From Candidatus Zixiibacteriota bacterium (GTDB lineage Bacteria > RBG-13-66-14 > B26-G2 > WVWN01): a stretch of 64,000 nucleotides of DNA. The stretch's first letter is position 1, and every line of letters begins with the position of its first letter. Shown in pieces: positions 55,896 through 64,000 of the stretch. Below the pieces are notes generated by a model, which saw only the letters and a list, made by a program, of their open reading frames with translations, searched no databases and was not told where the DNA came from. The stretch is from assembly GCA_050117845.1 (NCBI GenBank), contig JASFLY010000003.1, positions 1 to 64,000 on the forward strand, read 5' to 3'. Made by a program: the position numbers and the translations under genes.

Positions 55896-57262
55896 TAAAG
55901 CCTTCGAGATATCGCTACCGCCCGACGCACGACCTCGATGGCGTCGCGCCCGAAGAGCCGCACCATCGGTTCCTTCCCGACGGCCCCGCAGTCGTATACC
56001 ACGTCCGGCACGGCCTCGTTTCCCCCGGCCGCCGCCCGGCCGACGCCCCATTGCAGCGTCGTCCCCTCGGCGGAGGCGTCTTCCTCCGGCTCGTCGCCCC
56101 GGTCGAAACTCGCCATCCGATAACCCAACTCCGAACAGGCCGCTATAACGTCCTCGCCGTAACGGACGTTCATGGCCGCCCGGTACGACGGGTCGTATTT
56201 CATCACCGTCTTCACCGCCCGGGCCATATGGCCGCTGGCGCCGAAGGCCGGGTGGCCGTACGATTCCACGCCGTGGTTTATCCGGATTATCCTGCCCGGC
56301 ACCGCGCATATCTCGCTTTCGTCGTGTGCCGTCGGGAGGGCGTAAACGATATTGGTTCCGACCTCCGGTATAAGCTTGTACGTATTGGCCGCCGCGCTGA
56401 AGATGTTAACGGCGCGCGCGACGTTATTGTATACCCGCCAGCGTTCGGCGTCGTCGAACACGGCCGCCGTCCGGTTCGGGACCCGTACCCCGGTCCCCGG
56501 TGCGTACGCGGCCGCCACGGCCGCCGTCGCGTATTCCTCGGCCTGCTGGAACGCCGCCATGAGGTCGAGCCCCTGGGCCATGTATCCGGCGATAGCGGCC
56601 GCTATCAAGCAACCCGTGCCGTGGATATTCCCGGCGACGCGGGTCCGCCGGTATTCCCGCATCTCGGAACCCGTGAATAAAATGTCCGCGACGTCGCCGT
56701 CGCCGCCGTCGTCGCCGATATGGCCGCCGGTCGCCAGGACCGCGGGGCCGTAACGGCTCTGGAATACGCGAACCTGCGTCCGCAGTTCCCCCTGGTTCGC
56801 GGCCGGTTGGTCACCGATGAGGCTCGCGAGTTCGAGCGTGTTCGGCGTGACGAGCGTTACCCGGGGCAACACCACGTCGCCGAATATCTTTTCCGGAACT
56901 CCCTCATACAGGGGCTGGCCGTTCCCCGCTACCGTAACGGGGTCGAATACGACAGGCACGCCGGCGTCAAGCCATCGCGTTAGGTACGGGTCGAGCGCGT
57001 GGACCAGCACGTCCGAGGCCAACATGCCCAACTTGACGGCACCGACGTCGACGTCCTCGAGGAGCGCGTCGAGTTGCGCTACCATGTCACGTTCGGCGAC
57101 GGCCCCGAAACCGGATACGCCGCGCGTACTCTGGTACGTCAAAGCCGTCGCGACCGAGACGCCGTGAACGCCGATTACGGCGAAACTGATACAATCCGCC
57201 GTTATGCCGGCCCCGGTGGAGGGGTCCAATCCGCCGATAGCCAAAGCGACTTTCCTACTCAT
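55895..57262 (-). CDS. thiD: Bifunctional HMP(-P) kinase / ThiN-type thiamine-phosphate synthase (ThiDN)
   Basis: GLDPSTGAGITAD, KLGML, DPV, TPN, GGH, HGTGC; C-domain LIPEVGTN, PGRI, FGASGHMA, AMNVRY, GKEPM. Confidence 0.88.
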   Translation of the reverse strand: MSRKVALAIGGLDPSTGAGITADCISFAVIGVHGVSVATALTYQSTRGVSGFGAVAERDMVAQLDALLEDVDVGAVKLGMLASDVLVHALDPYLTRWLDAGVPVVFDPVTVAGNGQPLYEGVPEKIFGDVVLPRVTLVTPNTLELASLIGDQPAANQGELRTQVRVFQSRYGPAVLATGGHIGDDGGDGDVADILFTGSEMREYRRTRVAGNIHGTGCLIAAAIAGYMAQGLDLMAAFQQAEEYATAAVAAAYAPGTGVRVPNRTAAVFDDAERWRVYNNVARAVNIFSAAANTYKLIPEVGTNIVYALPTAHDESEICAVPGRIIRINHGVESYGHPAFGASGHMARAVKTVMKYDPSYRAAMNVRYGEDVIAACSELGYRMASFDRGDEPEEDASAEGTTLQWGVGRAAAGGNEAVPDVVYDCGAVGKEPMVRLFGRDAIEVVRRAVAISRRL

Positions 57263-58412
57263 CCGCGTCTCCCTCGCTTTCGGCCGTACCGGCCTTCACG
57301 ACGGCCTCGCCCCCTTCTTCCGCCGCTTTCTTCTCGTACTCCTCGAAAACCTCGTCGGGTATCAATAAATCAGCGTCTTCCGGTATCTCGACGACTTTAA
57401 GCTTACTCCCGTCGACGATATGAATGGGCATCTTATCGCTCCCAAGGTAATTGTAAGGATCGACCGGAACGCCGTTGATGCGGACCTCGTAGTGAAGGTG
57501 GCTGCCGGTCGCCAGGCCGGTAGCCCCGACGCGACCGATTATATCGTTCCGCTCGACCCGGTCCCCTTTCTTGACGTCGGCGGTCGACAGGTGGCCGTAG
57601 CGAGTCGTGAAACCGCCGCCGTGGTCCAGGAAAATTACCTGGCCGTAATAGGGATACGGCCCGGCCGTCGTTACTACGCCCTCCGCCGGGGCCCGTACGG
57701 CCGTTCCCAGAGGCGCCGCTATGTCGAGGCCCACGTGCACGCGGCCTCGCCACCGGCGGGCGCCGAAGTACGACGTTATGACGCCCGTGACAGGCGTCAT
57801 GTCGGGCACGTCGGCCAAAAGCGACTTGCGCCGTTCCAACAAGCGCCGCAGGACCAGGAACTCCTTTTCGCAGCCGCGGCAATCCAGGTACAACTGGGAC
57901 TCGTGCCGCCGGGCCTCTAGGCCGAAGCGTTCCTCGTCGAGACGATACAAGGCGTCAAAATAATCCGCTTCCGTTAACGCCGGCCCGCCGGAGCCCAATT
58001 CCTTGGCCGATTTCGCGTCCAGCTTGAACCCGGCCATTATTCTGAGGTCGGTGTAAAACTTGTCCAACCTCTTGAGCGCGGCGTCAAGCTCCTCGACGCG
58101 CAAGGCGTAATCGTCGCGTTCTTTCTGTACCTCGAAACTGAGTTTGGATATAACCTCGTCGCGGCGCGCGATTTCGGTAGTAAGGTCGGCGTTCGTCGCC
58201 TCGAGGTCCCGGTTGCGCTCGAAGGTAGGGTTTACGGCCTTTTCCATGGCCCGGAAATTGTAATACAGGGTGACCGCAACACCCGTTACGGCCGCCGTTG
58301 TGCATAATATGAACGCCAGTCCCGCGACGATGATATGGCGATGGAGGTATATCGACCGGGATCGCCCCGAGGAATGCGAACATATCATCAACGTATAGTC
58401 TCTTTTAAACAT
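57255..58412 (-). CDS. M23 family metallopeptidase (TM + coiled coil)
   Basis: HVGLD (HxxxD), YGHL, GATG, HLHYEV; start taken as ATG 58412. Confidence 0.92.
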   Translation of the reverse strand: MFKRDYTLMICSHSSGRSRSIYLHRHIIVAGLAFILCTTAAVTGVAVTLYYNFRAMEKAVNPTFERNRDLEATNADLTTEIARRDEVISKLSFEVQKERDDYALRVEELDAALKRLDKFYTDLRIMAGFKLDAKSAKELGSGGPALTEADYFDALYRLDEERFGLEARRHESQLYLDCRGCEKEFLVLRRLLERRKSLLADVPDMTPVTGVITSYFGARRWRGRVHVGLDIAAPLGTAVRAPAEGVVTTAGPYPYYGQVIFLDHGGGFTTRYGHLSTADVKKGDRVERNDIIGRVGATGLATGSHLHYEVRINGVPVDPYNYLGSDKMPIHIVDGSKLKVVEIPEDADLLIPDEVFEEYEKKAAEEGGEAVVKAGTAESEGDADE

Positions 58413-58439
58413 ATCGCTACCGTCCAATATAGGACGTAA

Positions 58440-58468
58440 ATTCTACCAGAAAGCGGCCGTTAAATCAA
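58440..58468 (-). promoter_or_regulatory. Sigma70 promoter of the M23...cca operon
   Basis: TTGATT-17 bp-TAGAAT with TG extension. Confidence 0.7.
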
Positions 58469-58493
58469 CGGCGCAGCCGGCCGCCGGCCGGTT

Positions 58494-58522
58494 AAAAAAA
58501 CCCCGGCGCCGGGCCGGGGTTT
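58494..58522 (-). terminator. Rho-independent terminator after nuoN
   Basis: CCCCGGC-loop-GCCGGGG with A7 (U-tract on the minus strand). Confidence 0.85.
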
Positions 58523-58536
58523 GGGATTCCTGGGAA

Positions 58537-60057
58537 TTATATTACGGGTATGGCGAGAAGCAGAGGTTCGATAGCGCCTCGGGCCCAGGTTACGAGCAGG
58601 TGCGGCCAAACGCCGAGGAGAAGCGTGAACAGGACGCAAATCAACAGGACCACCGCCGCCGCCGCGGGAACGCCCCGCACGTCCTCGCCCTCGCCTTTGT
58701 CGAAGTACATCGGCTTCAATATACGGGCGTAGAGGAAGAGCGCGGCCACACTGGCCAGTATCGCGACGACCGCCAGGAAGATGTAGTTGCCGGCGACGAG
58801 CGCGGCCAGTATATAGAATTTCGCGAAGAACCCGGCGAGGGGCGGTATCCCGGCCAGGGCCAGAAGGAATACCGACAACGCGACGGCGAGCAGCGGGTGC
58901 CGCCGTCCCATGCCGGCGTAACTATCGAGGTCGTACTTGCCCGTAACGTGGCCTATGACGGCCACCGTGCCGAAGGCTCCGACGTTCATCGCCGCGTAAA
59001 GGGCGAGGTACACCAGAACCGACGAGAAGCCGATAGCCGTATCGGCGACGATGCCGAGCAGAACGAAGCCGGCGTGGGCGATGGAGGAATACGCGAGTAT
59101 GCGCCGCACGTCCTTTTGTACGATACCGATGACGACGCCGAAAACCATCGACGCGATAGCGAGAGCCCCGAGGTATTTCGTCCAACCACCGTAGACCATG
59201 TTAAGCGGCCCGTGCAACGCCAGGACCAACCTCATTATAACGGCGAACCCGGAAGCCTTTGAAGCGACCGACAGGAACGCCGCTATCGGCGTGGGCGCGC
59301 CCTGATAGGCGTCGGGGGCCCACATGTGGAAGGGCACCGCCGAGATTTTATAACCCAGGCCAACGAGGATAAGGGCGAACGCCAGGAAGATGAATCCGGC
59401 CGGCATCGTGGCCGCGGCACCGGTAGTCGGCGCCAGGACGGACAGGCAGCTCCCCGCCCCGCAGAACCATTCCACGTGGGGCAGGTTCTGCGCGATAACG
59501 CCCAGGTCCGTGGACCCGCTCATCCCGTAAAGGAGCGTGAATCCGAGCAGCATCACCGCCGAGGCCACGGCCCCATAGAGGAAATACTTGAGGCCCGCCT
59601 CCGCGGAGAAACGGTCGCCGCGGAGGTATCCGACCAGGACGTAGGAAAGGATACTCGAGAACTCGATGGCGACGTAGATAAGGATGAGGTTGGTGGAGGA
59701 CGCCATGAAGGCGACGGCGCAGGTAACGAGCATCAAAAGCGCGTAGTATTCCGGCCGGTCCCGGTCGCCGAGCGGCCCGTAGCCGGCCGACAACAGCGCC
59801 ACCAGCGCGAGCGTCGCCGTGAATATCACCGTAAAGACCACGAAGAGGGGGTCGACGGTCAACGCCCCGAACCAGGAGGTCGCGGGTCGGACCCAGAGCC
59901 ATATCGCGGCCGCTGCCGCCGCGGCGGCCACGACGACCGTGTAGTAGGGCGCCACGGCCCCGGCGAAGCGCCGCGACATAAGGCCGATGCAGACCAGCAA
60001 CATCGCGCCGCCGGCGAGGATCATATGGGGCGAAAGGCTAAGCCAGTTGAATTCCAT
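58537..60057 (-). CDS. nuoN: NADH-quinone oxidoreductase subunit N
   Basis: EYY, EAGLKYF, KISAVPFHMWAPDAYQGAP, RILAYSSIAHAG, GIPP, K. Confidence 0.95.
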   Translation of the reverse strand: MEFNWLSLSPHMILAGGAMLLVCIGLMSRRFAGAVAPYYTVVVAAAAAAAAIWLWVRPATSWFGALTVDPLFVVFTVIFTATLALVALLSAGYGPLGDRDRPEYYALLMLVTCAVAFMASSTNLILIYVAIEFSSILSYVLVGYLRGDRFSAEAGLKYFLYGAVASAVMLLGFTLLYGMSGSTDLGVIAQNLPHVEWFCGAGSCLSVLAPTTGAAATMPAGFIFLAFALILVGLGYKISAVPFHMWAPDAYQGAPTPIAAFLSVASKASGFAVIMRLVLALHGPLNMVYGGWTKYLGALAIASMVFGVVIGIVQKDVRRILAYSSIAHAGFVLLGIVADTAIGFSSVLVYLALYAAMNVGAFGTVAVIGHVTGKYDLDSYAGMGRRHPLLAVALSVFLLALAGIPPLAGFFAKFYILAALVAGNYIFLAVVAILASVAALFLYARILKPMYFDKGEGEDVRGVPAAAAVVLLICVLFTLLLGVWPHLLVTWARGAIEPLLLAIPVI

Positions 60058-60070
60058 AATCGTACGCCGC

Positions 60071-61555
60071 TTACTTGAGCGCCATCATAAAGCGCGAGAG
60101 TTCGGACAGCGCCGGGTCCATTAGCTTTATCAGGATCGACGGGTAAACGCCGATAAGAACCATAAGTATCATGAGCGGGATGACGGTCACGAGTTCGCGG
60201 AAATTGATGTCCGGCAGGTCCGCCCAGCGCTCGTTCAACTTGCCCAGGAACATCCGGCGGATGGTCCAGAGGAAATACCCCGCGGTGATGACGATGCCCG
60301 CGCCGGAGATTATAACCAGCACCGGGTATACGGGGAAGGCGCCGGCCAGAGACAGGAACTCGGACACGAAGCCGGACAGGCCGGGCAGGCCGAGCGAGGC
60401 GAACATCGTGAACGACATGATGCCGACGTAAACCGGTACGCGAACCGCCAGGCCGCTGAAGGCCTCGATTTGCCGGGTGTGGGCGCGGTCGTAAAGGACG
60501 CCCACCAAAAGGAACAACGCGCCCGTGATGATGCCGTGGTTGACCATCTGCATCATGGCGCCGTTGAGGCCCGTGGGCGTCATGGCCGCGGCGCCGAGCA
60601 GCACGAAGCCCATGTGGCCCACCGACGAGTACGCGATGAGCTTCTTCAGGTCCTTCTGCGCCATTGCGACCAGTGAGCCATATACGATGTTAATCACGCC
60701 CAATATCGCGAGGGGCCACGAGAACCAGTGCGCGCCCGTCGGCAATATGGGGTACGAGATGCGCAATAGGCCGTACCCGCCCATCTTCAGGAGGACGCCG
60801 GCCAGCAGGACCGATATCGCGGTCGGCGCCTCGACGTGGGCGTCGGGCAACCACGTGTGGAACGGGAAGACAGGCACTTTAATCGCGAACCCCACGTATA
60901 AGGCCAGGAAGACGATAATCTGGAAGGTCCGGACGAAGTTCCCCTGCTGACGCATGAGTTCCAGCATGTCGAAGGTGTGCGGCTGGGACGTGAAGTAGAG
61001 CGCCAGTATCCCCAGGAGCATTATTACGCTCCCCAGCAGGGTGTAAAGGAAGAACTTGATGGCGGCGTATTCGCGGCGCTGGCCGCCCCAGATGCCGATG
61101 AGGAAGTACATCGGCACCAGCATGACTTCCCAGAATACGTAGAACAGGAAGAGGTCCAGCGAGACGAACACGCCGAGCATTCCGGCCTCGAGCAGAAGGT
61201 ACAGCGCGAAATATTCCTTAATGCGTTCTTTAATCGAAAAAGAGGCGATGGCGGCTAAAACCGATAACAGCGTCGTAAGGATAAACAGCGGCATCGAAAG
61301 GCCGTCGATGCCGACGTGGTAAAAGATGTTTATCGACGGAATCCACTGATGGATCTCTTCGAATTGCATGGCGCCGGTGATGCCCGGGTCGAACGCCGTC
61401 AGGGCCCAAATGGAGAAGCCCAACGCCACGGCGGTAAACGCCACCGCGGTTGCCCGGATGCCGTTCACCCATCGTTCGGGCAACAGCAACACCACCACCA
61501 TACCCACGACCGGGGTAAATACGGTTACGGTTAATATGGGAAACGCCATCGCCAT
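60071..61555 (-). CDS. nuoM: NADH-quinone oxidoreductase subunit M (start 61555 or 61549)
   Basis: DGLS, FWEVMLVPMY, KVPVFPFHTWLPDAHVEAP, LLKMG, HG, GLPG..F..E. Confidence 0.96.
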   Translation of the reverse strand: MAMAFPILTVTVFTPVVGMVVVLLLPERWVNGIRATAVAFTAVALGFSIWALTAFDPGITGAMQFEEIHQWIPSINIFYHVGIDGLSMPLFILTTLLSVLAAIASFSIKERIKEYFALYLLLEAGMLGVFVSLDLFLFYVFWEVMLVPMYFLIGIWGGQRREYAAIKFFLYTLLGSVIMLLGILALYFTSQPHTFDMLELMRQQGNFVRTFQIIVFLALYVGFAIKVPVFPFHTWLPDAHVEAPTAISVLLAGVLLKMGGYGLLRISYPILPTGAHWFSWPLAILGVINIVYGSLVAMAQKDLKKLIAYSSVGHMGFVLLGAAAMTPTGLNGAMMQMVNHGIITGALFLLVGVLYDRAHTRQIEAFSGLAVRVPVYVGIMSFTMFASLGLPGLSGFVSEFLSLAGAFPVYPVLVIISGAGIVITAGYFLWTIRRMFLGKLNERWADLPDINFRELVTVIPLMILMVLIGVYPSILIKLMDPALSELSRFMMALK

Positions 61556-61589
61556 TGCCTCCTACAAGGAATCCTCGCGCCGGCCGCCC

Positions 61590-62183
61590 TTACGGCATAC
61601 CGGCGAATTTCTCCAATTCTTCGGCCTCGGCCTGCGAGCCGTACGCCGGGACCGTGCCCGGCGCCAGCGCGGAATAAACGTACGCGGTGCCGAGGCTTGT
61701 CTTCGCCTCGCCGAGCCGGCCCAAATGATATTGCGCCCGGCCCAGGAGGTGCAGCGCCGCTATCGCCCGGATGGTCTGCGGATAGGCGGCGACGAGCCGT
61801 TCGGTTTGCGACGCGACGGTTTCGTAATCGTCGGCCTGTAAGGCCGTTACGATATCCTCGTACAGCGCGTCGAGTTCGGGCGGTTCGGGAGGTATCATTT
61901 CGAGGTAACGAGTGGCCTTCTCGTCGTCGCCCCGGGCGTCCTCGAGCTGGCTCAGGACGTAATAGGCCATAAAGCAACCGTCGTCTTCGGCGGCCGCGCG
62001 CTCGAAGTTGTCCCGGGCGCCCTTGACGTCGCCCTCGCTTATAGCGTCGTACCCCGCCCAGAAATAAGCCCGGCACTCGGCGTCGGCCGAGATTATTTCG
62101 GGGAACGGTAATTCCTCGGCCGCGGCGAAACCGACGGCCAGAAACACGCCAAGTACGAGAGTCGTTAAGTTTCTCTTCAACAT
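61590..62183 (-). CDS. Secreted TPR-like hypothetical protein inside the nuo operon
   Basis: Signal peptide (AAA-EE) and helical TPR-like repeats. Confidence 0.7.
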   Translation of the reverse strand: MLKRNLTTLVLGVFLAVGFAAAEELPFPEIISADAECRAYFWAGYDAISEGDVKGARDNFERAAAEDDGCFMAYYVLSQLEDARGDDEKATRYLEMIPPEPPELDALYEDIVTALQADDYETVASQTERLVAAYPQTIRAIAALHLLGRAQYHLGRLGEAKTSLGTAYVYSALAPGTVPAYGSQAEAEELEKFAGMP

Positions 62184-62187
62184 ATTC

Positions 62188-62760
62188 TTATAGGGCTTTA
62201 ACTCGGAAAAAAAACGCCGTTTCGCCCTCTCCCGTTTCGGCCGCTTTCACGTCGAAGCCGTCGAACGACCAATCCTCGTCCTCTTTCGCGGCCGGAACCA
62301 CGACGTGAGTCGCTCCGCGGGAAGCCGCCGCCGCCTCGAACCCGGCCATCAGCGCCTTGAGATCGTTATCGCCGACGCACGGGGCCGCCGCCGCGGCGAG
62401 GAGGTAAACCGGCCTTCCCTCTATTCCGGCCCCCTCAAGCACCGCCGGGGCCCAACCCCCGGTCGGCATATGCGCTCCCCCGAAAAGCCTCGGTCCCGGG
62501 GAGCGCCAGGGACGCCGTCGCTTCAGCCACTCCAACGGGGCGCCGGCGTCGGTCGTTCCGCAAATGACGCCCACGACTTCCGAACCCTCAAGCCCCGCCG
62601 TTCCCACGGTGAAGTCGCGATTGGCGTACGCGTCGTAAAACCGCTTAAGTACGCCTCGGCCGCCCTTCCCCCGGTAACACCAAACCCGCCCTTCGCCATG
62701 GAGCTCCGCGGCTCCCCGGAGATGCGACCGATTTAGCGCGACCAGCCTCATCTCCACCAT
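62188..62760 (-). CDS. Hypothetical protein, possibly a degenerate GNAT fold, inside the nuo operon
   Basis: ATG abuts the nuoL stop; AAELH...LKRFY...EVVGVICG pattern; no intact R/QxxGxG. Confidence 0.55.
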   Translation of the reverse strand: MVEMRLVALNRSHLRGAAELHGEGRVWCYRGKGGRGVLKRFYDAYANRDFTVGTAGLEGSEVVGVICGTTDAGAPLEWLKRRRPWRSPGPRLFGGAHMPTGGWAPAVLEGAGIEGRPVYLLAAAAAPCVGDNDLKALMAGFEAAAASRGATHVVVPAAKEDEDWSFDGFDVKAAETGEGETAFFFRVKAL

Positions 62761-64000
62761 CTACAGCAGCACGAACGCGGCCACGAGAATGGCGACGACG
62801 CCGCACGCCAGGACTATTAAATATTCCTGAACGTAACCGGTCTGGACGCGCCGGAACACCTTGCCGAAGCCCTGCGTAATCCAACCGGCGAAGTTGACCA
62901 GGCCGTCGACGACGGCGAGGTCGAACCAGCCCTTGAAGCGGGCCCACAGGATAGTCAATTTGGCCGAGCCGTTCACGGCCCCGTCTATGACATAGGTGTC
63001 GAAGAGGCCCCACATCCGGGCGAAAACGATAGTCCCCTTGACGAAGAGGAAGTTATACACCTCGTCGAAGTAGTATTTGTGTTCGAGGACGGTCGCCACC
63101 GGCCGGAAGGTCTTGTAAATCTTCTCCACCGGGAACAGCTTGCGTTTGTACAAGGCCCAGGCGAGCGCGATGCCGCCGAGCGCCAGCACGAGCGACGCGC
63201 CCATCGCGGCGTAGTTTACGCCGTGGTGGCCGTGGCCGTGCATCTCGAAACCGGCCCACCCGGCGAAACCGGGCCCCACGCCGGGGATGCCTATCCACCC
63301 CGCGACTACCGCGAGGACGCACAGGAACACCATCGGCCCGACCATGCTCACGGGCGACTCGTGCGCGTGCGACGCCTTCTCCCGCGGCGAGCCGGTGAAG
63401 GTCATGAATATCGCCCGGAACATGTAGAACGCCGTCAGGAAGACGGTGAAGAACGCGGCGAATATCAGGTACCAGCCGCCGTGGCCGGCAACGGCCGAGA
63501 GTATTTCGTCCTTGGAGAAGAAGCCCGAAAGCGGCGGCACGCCCGCCAGCGCGAGCGACGCGACGACGAAGGTAATCGCCGTCCCCTTCATCTTGCCGCC
63601 CAGGCCCCCCATCTCGCGCATGTCGTTGGTGTGGCAGGCGTGGATGACGGAGCCGGCGCCGAGGAACAGCAGCGCCTTAAAGAAGGCGTGCGTGAAGAGG
63701 TGGAAGATGCCGGCGGCCGCGCTGCCGCAACCGAGCGCCAGCATCATGTAGCCGAGCTGGCTGATAGTGGAGTACGCCAGGACGCGTTTGATGTCCACCT
63801 GGACCACGGCGATGGTCGCCGCCATGAGGGCCGTCGTCGCGCCGACGTAGGCCACGACCTCCGAGGCCTGGCCGGCGGCCATGAATATGGGGAACGACCG
63901 CGCCACGAGGTAAACGCCGGCGGCCACCATCGTGGCGGCGTGGATGAGGGCGCTGACGGGCGTCGGGCCCTCCATCGCGTCGGGCAGCCAGACGTGTAGC
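62761..64000 (-). CDS. nuoL: NADH-quinone oxidoreductase subunit L (5' part outside the window)
   Basis: [54 protein letters not shown]. Confidence 0.97.
   Translation of the reverse strand, partial: LHVWLPDAMEGPTPVSALIHAATMVAAGVYLVARSFPIFMAAGQASEVVAYVGATTALMAATIAVVQVDIKRVLAYSTISQLGYMMLALGCGSAAAGIFHLFTHAFFKALLFLGAGSVIHACHTNDMREMGGLGGKMKGTAITFVVASLALAGVPPLSGFFSKDEILSAVAGHGGWYLIFAAFFTVFLTAFYMFRAIFMTFTGSPREKASHAHESPVSMVGPMVFLCVLAVVAGWIGIPGVGPGFAGWAGFEMHGHGHHGVNYAAMGASLVLALGGIALAWALYKRKLFPVEKIYKTFRPVATVLEHKYYFDEVYNFLFVKGTIVFARMWGLFDTYVIDGAVNGSAKLTILWARFKGWFDLAVVDGLVNFAGWITQGFGKVFRRVQTGYVQEYLIVLACGVVAILVAAFVLL

Noticed and set aside
55896..56309. N-terminal extension of the 55287..56309 ORF
   Set aside because: Inside thiDN; the signal peptide and lipobox begin at GTG 55895.
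57255..58536. TPP riboswitch for thiDN
   Set aside because: thiDN overlaps the upstream M23 gene, and no TPP aptamer consensus is seen in the 58413-58536 spacer.

Overview
GC-rich chromosomal segment from a probably diderm bacterium. One secreted protein ends in an SLGRVRSLFR tail that I recall from FCB-related candidate phyla, but this taxonomic placement is inference. Layout: (1-13.3 kb, minus) dcw cluster mraZ-rsmH-ftsL-ftsI-murF-mraY-murD-ftsW-murG-murC-murB-ftsQ(partial), with no murE or ddl and with a clear sigma70 promoter followed by three 10-bp-spaced GTGG MraZ boxes. (13.5-21.2 kb, plus) accessory genes: Eis-like GNAT, six-repeat NHL protein, AlkP-superfamily protein, PrsW/YhfC-like protease with a Zn ribbon, Lnt-like enzyme, atypical SDR and MscS. 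(21.3-22.7 kb) a 1.3-kb AT-rich one-gene islet bounded by a 74-bp direct repeat of the lepA 3' end, i.e. an attL/attR-like integration scar with no integrase. (22.6-34.2 kb, minus) lepA, a WcaJ-like transferase, a 1264-aa TPR/pseudo-transglutaminase protein, an FAD oxidoreductase, a lipoprotein and a beta-barrel-SppA fusion. (34.4-51.3 kb) smpB, amidase, rmuC, GerMN, murI, adenylate cyclase, OsmC, rph, tgt, queA, yicC, GT4, obgE-rpmA-rplU, a lipoprotein/LysM pair and dtd. (51.3-58.4 kb, minus) M23-thiDN-lipoprotein-cvpA-PHP-pdxJ-acpS-cca. (58.5-64 kb, minus) nuoL(partial)-[two non-nuo genes]-nuoM-nuoN. I recognised no rRNA, tRNA, CRISPR array, transposase or integrase. Product calls rest on motif recognition by eye, not on database searches.
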